Origin: Paraspadella gotoi
Taxonomy: Eukaryota > Animalia > Chaetognatha
Reading direction: 5' to 3'
Assembly: GCA_051294375.1 (NCBI GenBank)
Contig: JBJCIZ010000016.1
Location: 1 to 64,000, forward strand
Length of the DNA stretch: 64,000 bases
Every line of letters starts with the position of its first letter. Position 1 is the first letter of the stretch. The notes beneath the pieces are model-generated. The model was given only the letters and a program-made list of their open reading frames with translations. It was not told the origin of the DNA and searched no databases. Shown here one piece after another: positions 55,900-64,000 of the stretch. The position numbers and the translations under genes are program-made.

Positions 55900-58093
55900 A
55901 ACAAAGGACCTCACCATGAAAAGAACCTACCCAAAGCTCAATGGCCTCACTAAAACTACAACCAATGAGAAACTTGTATATGGCCATGAGCTGAAGGAAG
56001 AACCAATAAACAATGAGTGAGGGTTCATAGTGAAGGGATAAAATGGAATACTAAAGGATGCAGAGGAGAAGTTTGGAGTGAAGATTCATTTCTCTCTCAC
56101 GTCGATCTAAAGATCAGACATATTGTCTTAAACTGTCTTTTAGATACTCTGTTCTCTGCCTAATAAAAGGAAACATTATAATTACACCATTTCGTTTAAC
56201 AATTACTATTTGATTATTCACTTTCGTTCCACGATACGGACCGGAGATGTTGCCACCCGTGTTCGACGCGCATGGCGTTCGGCGGGATCACGACGGGGTG
56301 TTCTAAGATATCAGGTGGGGGAATTTGGGGTTCTCCCGAACAGACGGCACAATGTCAATTAAAACAGAGCCCTCAATGATCTCATTTTCCTCAACTTCTT
56401 CGTCTACATACGCGTTATATTCCTCATCAGTAATGATAATGGGACAAGACCTCAATCGCCCGGTACCGAATTAACAAGCCCTCATCAAGCAGTGCTATTA
56501 CGCGATCGGTTCAATACAGGCATGTGCCAACAATGAAAGTGCAAGATCCAGTGAACAATGTCCGGACCGGTCTCCTCGACCGTTCGGCCCGCTGGATAGT
56601 CTGAACCTCCGAAGAAATTTTGGCTTCATTGTATAGTTTTTCGAATTTGTTAATTCAATTACTGTAATTCTTTCACAAACCGTCTAACTCCTCGCTCATT
56701 TTGATTATCTTTTTATTAAAAACCTGGTTTTATGGCCAAAGTTTCTTCGTCGTCATCACGTGACGATGGCATTTTTTTTTTCCAACTCACTTTGCGTAGT
56801 CTTCGGCTCCGGCCCGTACTTAACAGCCCGGTCACAATAGACCGTGCTCAGAGTTAGAAAAAATGGTGGTATCGGCGGGTCCCAGTTAGCGGCCCCATTT
56901 ACTCAGACACCTTTAATCACAGTTCACAGTAAAACGCAATTCAAGGCGTTTGATTTAGACCCAGAACAAGGAAGCCAAGTCCTCCAGCCCCGGGCTGCTT
57001 TGGCTAATTTTATAATTAGTTTGATGACTTTAAGTTTTTAATATTTAGTACTGTCTTAGTTAGCCTCAGCTGGAATTATATCTATCTCCAAAACGCCAAG
57101 TTGATAACGTAATTGTGTTGATGTAATCGTCATTGATGAGGATTGGTGAGTTGATGTGGTTGTTTAAAGAACTTTAACAATTAATTATCATTTTTCAAAT
57201 AATTAATTCCTCACAATCATTTCTTATTTCATACTTAGTAAGCGTCTTCAGGGGAGTGTAGAAAAATATCTTAATATCTTCCATTAACGGCGAAACCTGG
57301 GTTCATTTTGACAGTACTAGCTTTTCTAAATGGTGGCAACGAACTAACAATGATCAGTATTTACATAACGACGCCAAGTATTGCACTGCGTACGACCTCT
57401 CTTTACACCAATACAATATATTTAGTTTAGTGTCTTGCCAAGCGGCTTAGCTATTTCGCTTGTTAAAATTATCCCATTAAAAAGTCCTAAAGCAACTTTT
57501 AGTAGAGGCTTTAATTTGCACCTGAAGACGAGGTTAACTTACCATTATTATTTGACATCTGGATAGTTCAGTGTCTGAACTTTCCAAATCTGGGGGAACA
57601 AAGGCGTAGTTTTCCTGGTTTCATCGTGAAATTTATTATTTAATGGAACTGGTTTCGCTGTTTTCGCTGTTTTTCGCTGTTTTCGTAACTCGTCGCTCCT
57701 CGTCGCTACTAGTCGCTTTTGAAATTTTTCCACCGCCTAATCATCTAATGCGTGATCAGGTCCTCGTTCAAAACCAAATTTCTCGTGTTATCGTGTCTCA
57801 ATATCACTTTTCTAACAGTTGCCATGGAAATTTCGGGACCCTCTTCATTCGCCACGTGTTTTTTTTAATTAATTTTCATTTTCTGCACCGCCAAGGTCGC
57901 CATCGCCGCCATCGACTTGTGAAAAACGTGAAAACATTTGGTGGGGCAAAGCGAGCACCGCTGAAATTAACTTTTTCAACGCCTCTCTGTGGCTCTCTTA
58001 ATTTTCATTTTCCGTGCCGCGATGACCACCGCAGCCGCGACGAAACGAAAAAATCCATCAGAAATTTGACGCTTGTCTAGTGTCACATGTATA

Positions 58094-60187
58094 CCATGAT
58101 GGAAAAAAAAATTGTTACAGCAACTGTTTAACTATTATTTATTTTTTATATATATATATTTTTTTAATATATTTTAATTAAAATAATATTATTAAAAAGA
58201 TTATTATTTTTATTAAAATTGATTAAATGATAAATTTTAATTCATATGTTTAAAAAAGAATGGTATTAAAAATTATAAAATTTAATTTTTTTAAAAATAA
58301 ATATATTTTTATCTTTGGATACATTAATATATTAAAAGTTTTGATTAATAGTTTTTAAGACCTGTTATGTTATTATTTTGTAAGTATGAAAAAGGTTTTA
58401 AACTACTAAAGTCGGTCCAAAATCAGGGATAAAATAGTTTATTTATTAAATAAATGGATAAATTTTATATTGGTTGTATCAATTTTATAAAAAAATAAAA
58501 AAATAATAAAAAATTTAAGATTATATTTTATTGCTTTGTGCAGTAAAGTGGAGCAGTTAAAAATTTTAAAAAATATTTGGGTAATTAAATAAAGATATTT
58601 CAATGTGAGATAGTATGATTAACTATAATAAAAAATATTTTGTTCATATAATCTTGGGAATAAAATAATAAAATTAAAAATATTTTTATAAAATAGTAAA
58701 TTTAAAAAAAAAATTGTTTTAAACTTTTAATAAAGATTTAGATTCTTCTTAAAAAGTTCAATAAAAAAAAAGTGTTATTAAAAATATAAAAAAATTAATA
58801 TTTGGGGGAAATAAAAAATTAGGATTTTTTTATTCTTTCTAATATAAATTTATATATGTTAAAACTTTTATCATTTTTTGTGGTTTAAATATTGAGGCAA
58901 AATAGTTTTTGTTTTACAACGAATTTTTTTATTTTTCATAGAAAAAATGGACATGTTTCGGCTTTAGTTGCAAGCCTTCTTCAGCGTCAAACAATTTGTG
59001 TTTTCACAAATTTTCACAAATTTCACAAATTCACAAATTTCACAAATTGTTTGACGCTGAAGAAGGCTTGCAACTAAAGCCGAAACATGTCCGTTTTTTC
59101 TATAAAAAATAAAAAATTCGTTGTAAAACAAAAACCATTTTGCCTCAATACACAGAACAACGAAAGGAAAGGTTATTACCAATAGGTTTAAATATTAAAA
59201 TATAATATAATATTTTTTTAGCGAGTTTAAATTAGAGCCAAACTTTATCAATGAGGTAAGTCTGAAGTTTGATTTTAAAACCTTCCCAAATAAAACTTTA
59301 TATATTTCTAAAAAAATTTTAATTGGACTAAAATTTTTTAAAATAGCAAGAAGCATTAATAATTAATTTTTAATATTAATTTATAGATAGGAAATATTAA
59401 AAAATTTTTATTTGAATTTTATATTTTTAAAAACAGATTCAGGTAACTTATGGGGTAGTTAAGGTAATTGAGTAATATTTTTTTTATTTTTTTTTCAAAA
59501 TAAGTATTTTCAAATAGTTTTTATTATTGTTATTATTATATTTTAATAATAAGTGGGTTAAAATTAAAAAAAACTTAAAAAAATTATTATCATTATTTTT
59601 ATTAATAAAATATTAATATTTTAAAAAGTTATAATATAATTTTTGTTTAACTTTTTAAGCTTTATTAGAATCAATTAAAAAAATTTAAAATAATTTTTTT
59701 ATATTATATGATTTTATTAAGATATTACTACATAATTTAATTTATTGTACTATTATGTTTAAATTTTTTAAAAAGTATTTAAAGTTTATTAATTATATAT
59801 CCATGGGTAGTAAAAAAATGTTCAATCGCTCAATCTTTTTATAATTCTACCCTATTGTGCAGTAATAATAAATTTTTTATAAAAAATTAATTTTTTTTAT
59901 TATTTTTTAAAAATTATTTTTTATTATAAATCCAATAAAATATCTAATTCTATAAAATATTTTTTATAATTTTTTTATATTAATGATTAAATAATAATTA
60001 TAAAATTATTATAATTAATATAAAAATTATTTTTTCATCTAATAAATAAATTATTTTTTCTTTAATTTTGGATAGGTTTTGGTGGTTTAAAACTTGTATC
60101 ACTTTTATAAAATAATGATATAAGGTTAAAAATAAATTAAGATTAAATTTAAGTTAAGAAACCGTGACAATTTTTTTTCCATCATGG
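58094..60187. mobile_element. Non-autonomous TIR element with TA TSD and very AT-rich nested interior
   Basis: TIR CCATGATGGAAAAAAAAATTGT(T/C)AC at both ends, each flanked by TA. Confidence 0.75.
58894..59184 (+). mobile_element. Young PLE inverted pLTR with two hammerheads
   Basis: HHR on - at 58950-58984 and on + at 59057-59091. Near-perfect inverted arms. 12-bp TSD GGTTTAAATATT. Nearly identical to the 18400-18545 copy. Confidence 0.85.
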
Positions 60188-61853
60188 TAGATAATTTTCC
60201 ATTCTGCCGTCATTACATCGTCTTAGACATTACATCGTGTTCGTGTCATCCTCTCCATTTTAGGACCTTGTTGCAGCATCGTTCTTGGTAAGCATAACTT
60301 CCTTTTGTTTTAAATTTTTTGCATTTTATTTCTATATGTAATCATATTTTCTGGTGAGGCAGTAGAAAAATGTTTTATGCCCCTTCAATGACTCCATTTT
60401 AATCTCAGCCCTTACGTTTTTTTTTTGGTATAGCACAAGGTAAATATAGTTATTTTCTCGGTTACTGTGCCACTTTTTTGAAATTTAGGTTTATTCTCAA
60501 CCTAGTTCTTCGTCACCCTGACTGTCCGTGTCCGCAATGGCGTCTGCCTCGTCGTTCTCATTAGCATTACTGTCTTCCTTGCTATATTAGTTTGGTAAGT
60601 TTTGAAAATTAACACAATTAATTTTATGTAGTAATCGATTTGTGATAGTTTAGGGTTAGGGGTGGTTAAGGTTAAAAGGGTTAGGGATTAGGTAATATTT
60701 TTTTTCATTTTTTTTTGTAAATAAGTACTTTTAAGTGGTTTTTCAAAAGCCGCCAAAACTGCGGTAGGCGAAAGTAAAATTTAGCCTATTATTATTCTCC
60801 TCTTCGATCTTAATGCGGCCCTTTCCCTTTTTAAGTCAGATTTTGTAAAGTGGAGATCCTGATTATTATTATTAGTAAGAAAGTAAATAAAATCGCCGGC
60901 CGAATTCTTTAAAAATTCCAATGCCCGCTAAGAAATATTTTGCTCCCTCTGTGCAAACGCCGGTCGCCAAACGTTACCTTATTTAGAAGTATTTTAAGAA
61001 TTATTTACTTTACAAATGTAAACCAAATTTTCTCTCTCTCGCCGTATAAAAATGAATGCCACTTTGTACAATTAGCCAATTCGATTCCATTCGCTTTTCT
61101 GATTTCAATAAATCGATTCATCTCATTTTGTTTGCCATTTTTATCTCGACCACCTCCACTGTAAATTGTCCTCAAAAAAGGATTATTATTCTCCTCTTCG
61201 ATCTTAATGCAATGTTTTCCATTTTTAAATCAGTTTTTGTAAAGTGAACTAATATTGTACTCAAAATAGAATTATTTATTAATTTATTTTATTAATTTAT
61301 TTTATTAATTTTTTATTTATTAATTTATTAATTCTCTCTCTCCAGAAAATTGGATTATGGAAAGACATCCGCATCATCCGCCAGAGAGTCCGCGCTGTGT
61401 TCCTCGCCTTCTCCCTTGCATTGATGACGGGGTCTCACTCGCGGATGCAATGACGGCGGCCATCGACGTGCATGACCATCAACCAGCACCACATCCTCTT
61501 TGGCCGCCATTTCCGCCTCCTCAACCGGCACCTCCACCTTCTTGGCTGCAACCAACAGTCGCATCCCAGCTGGCGCCGCCATCATTCCCCAGATAGGCGG
61601 CAACGAGACAAAAATCTTACGCGGCGGCCTGCGCTGCGGCGCCAACTTGGAGTCGCCACCCGCCACCGCCACGAACAGAAAAACATGACTGGAGTCCTAG
61701 ACCACGCCCTCCACAACGCCAAGAAGATTGTCCTTCAGACTTTTTTCGGGGGGCGAGGATATGGCGACGAAGGTTTCGTCTCTTAGTCTCTCAACGATTG
61801 AACATGTCTGTCAATAACTATTGTGAAATAAATGTATTTAATTGCTTCTACAT

Positions 61854-62378
61854 TAAAGCGTAGTAAAAATTTTTAATTTAACTTTAATTAAAATTCTAAA
61901 AGTGAGGAACAAACAACATTATACTAATGCACATTTAAGTATAAAAAAAATTTTTAATAAATTTTACAATTTACGTAGTAGGCCATATTTATACTAGTAC
62001 TAATCCAATAAATGTTAAAATTTCAAAATAGTTTTTTGTAAGATTTTTTGGCAGATTTGGATTCGTCATGAAAAGTTGATATAAAGAAATATAACTCTTT
62101 TTTAAAAATTCCATTATTAAGTTGATCAAATATCAGAAAAACCTATATTTTAAGCAGAAAATTATTTTAGCGAAAACAAAGTTTAGAGTTTGTACTACAA
62201 CGATTTTTTATTTAAGTAGTACAAACTCTAAACTTTGTTTTCGCTAAAACACCAAAACACAACGAAACGAAAGGAATACCACATTAAAGCAGAAAATTAA
62301 AATTTCTATGTTAAAACTTAAATATATTTTTTTTAAATTTTTAACCCACTTATTAAAAGAATTTTTAAAAATGATTTA
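61854..62378. mobile_element. Truncated hAT MITE (7245 family) containing a short PLE hairpin insertion at 62165-62286
   Basis: Starts TAAAGCGTAGTAAAA. The insert has inverted arms, the family tail ACAACGAAACGAAAGG and 13-bp TSD AAGCAGAAAATTA. Confidence 0.7.
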
Positions 62379-63214
62379 TGGAGAACGTTTTAGGTCATGT
62401 GGGTCATGTCACTGACCACCGTGGTAACTGGTGGTTGATTTGCCACTGACTTTACACTGAGGACACTAAGGCCAACTTTCGGTTATAAAAGCCGACAAGC
62501 TTACGACGTACAAACAACTCGAAATCTCTTTAATACTTTCTCGTTCACCGTTATAATTGTTAGACATTGTGTATAGAATATCAATTTCGTTGTGTTTTTA
62601 GATTTGATATTAATATCAAATAAAATTTGTTGACAAAAACAAATAAATTGTTTTTTTCCAAATTGTTTATGTTAAACTCTTTGTACATTTTATTAAATGT
62701 ATCTTTGTTTAAACCCGTCTTATTATATCAATTATTCACGTCGCCATAATGGTGATTCCTCGACTTTAAGAATAAATTACTCAACCTTCCCAAAACAAAC
62801 CTTGAAGCAAGAATGACCATTCACCGCAAAGTTCTATTTTTAAATAGTTGTTTTATAAATGATTATAACTGTTTAATGCCTTGATAATTAAAGCTGTTAA
62901 TTTTCTGAGATCCTGTTGGTTATCCGTTTCTTCTGTGCACCCTCAGCAGCAATTGAACACGTCCTGGACTTGCCACTAGGTTTGGGGGTTTTCCAAGCCC
63001 ACCAAAGCAGTTTACTGCCATCCTCATGATTCCCGCCGGGTTGGTACCATTTGAGATCGAATTGGGTACCTCATGATCATGAGGTGATGGTAACACAATG
63101 ATCTACCGGGTCACAACTGAAAGTGTAATGCTTATTGGCGGCTTGAACTTGAAGCAATGCAGATAGTGAAAGTCACCACCCTCGTCCCTCAACCCAATTG
63201 CTGACCGTTTAAAA

Positions 63215-63500
63215 ATTATAACATCAAAATATTGTTTTTCCTTTTATTTCGTTGCGTTATTTGTTTGAGGTGGAAAATGAATATTGTTTACGTACAAGTT
63301 TTATTAAGAAACAAAGTTCGGACACGTTTTGGCTTCAATCAGCTTAAAAATATTGATTTGTGAAACAAATATTTTTACAGACTCTCTCTCTTCAAACTTC
63401 AAATCAATTCATTTTTGCCCTGATGAAGGCTTACATTGAAGCCGAAACATGTCCGAAATTTATGTTTAATTTTTTACCTCAAACATAAAAATAACAATTA
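63215..63500. mobile_element. PLE inverted terminus with hammerhead
   Basis: CTGATGA-A-GGCTT..AAGCC-GAAA-CATGTC at 63420-63453, with a degenerate mirror at ~63320-63345. Confidence 0.7.
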
Positions 63501-63735
63501 AAATAAATTTAAAATAAATATTAATTATTAAATTTAAAAAATTGTATTACTGCACAAAAAGGTGTATATTACTGTGAAAACTGAGACTCGACGGACGAGA
63601 GAAAACAAAATTAAATGGATTAACAAAACACCGACCGCTGGTACCTAAAGTTGGTTGCGGACATCGAATAGTAAAGTTACCCGATTTAATAATCTTTTAA
63701 ATCTTTTATTAAGATGCAGGACAGTTTGAAACAAC

Positions 63736-63990
63736 TGTGGAGGACGGTCGACGACTATTATGGTCGACGATTCGACCGGCCTTTTCGTCCCCGTTGGGTC
63801 ACTTGATATGACCGACGTTTCTCTCTCTTTCTCTCTCTTTCTGACTCATGCTCTCCTCCTTATAAGTTGACCCCGTTGGACGATATTCTCTCTCTAATAA
63901 ACCTTTCATTGTTATGAACTATTCTCACATTGTACATCGTAATAAATGTATATTATCATAAACATCGTCTCCTTTTCCAACGTCGCCATA
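63736..63990 (+). mobile_element. Solo LTR
   Basis: Imperfect terminal inverted ends TGTGGAGGACG...CGTCGCCATA, CAAC duplicated on both sides, internal TATAAG and AATAAA signals. Confidence 0.6.
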
Positions 63991-64000
63991 CAACCTCATT

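Noticed and set aside
56200-56660. Possible retroelement protease/PPT (IALLDEG on minus; GGTGGGGGAA)
   Set aside because: Too degenerate, with no TG..CA LTR pair to support it.
57240-57545. CTGAAGAC hammerhead-like starts
   Set aside because: No stem II-GAAA-stem III continuation.
61345-61790. GC-rich coding-like island
   Set aside because: Frameshifted, with no motif I can assign. Not called.

Overview
AT-rich, repeat-dense eukaryotic DNA, probably from an invertebrate. Introns are short (60-65 nt) with TTTTCAG/TTTTAG acceptors, which is nematode-like, but the taxon cannot be determined. The assembly has homopolymer indels and 25-N gaps. Reading across introns, positions ~1-48.7 kb hold a run of co-oriented minus-strand genes that the ORF track shows only in fragments. 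In order of transcription they are: (1) a 6-exon ~1574-aa protein with a C2H2-like motif, an OTU cysteine-protease domain and a C-terminal tyrosine recombinase (YR), whose last intron is ~10 kb of satellite; (2) a 3-exon RecQ helicase; (3) a 7-exon AT-hook/SIM protein; (4) a small C2H2 zinc-finger gene; (5) a compact POT1-like OB-fold gene. Between and inside these genes are 20-22-bp arrays that all carry the AATCATA motif, often as perfect palindromes. My best interpretation, which is inference, is a giant (>48 kb) YR-mobilised element carrying telomere/ssDNA-metabolism cargo. Superimposed on it are many Penelope-type termini with minimal hammerhead ribozymes showing stem II covariation, a decayed Penelope, hAT/Merlin-like/TA MITEs, tRNA-SINEs and a tRNA-Leu fragment. 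The right-hand 15 kb holds Gypsy integrase and env-like relics and a solo LTR. A 5-kb tandem duplication and a 7-kb palindrome both abut 25-N gaps and are probably assembly artefacts.
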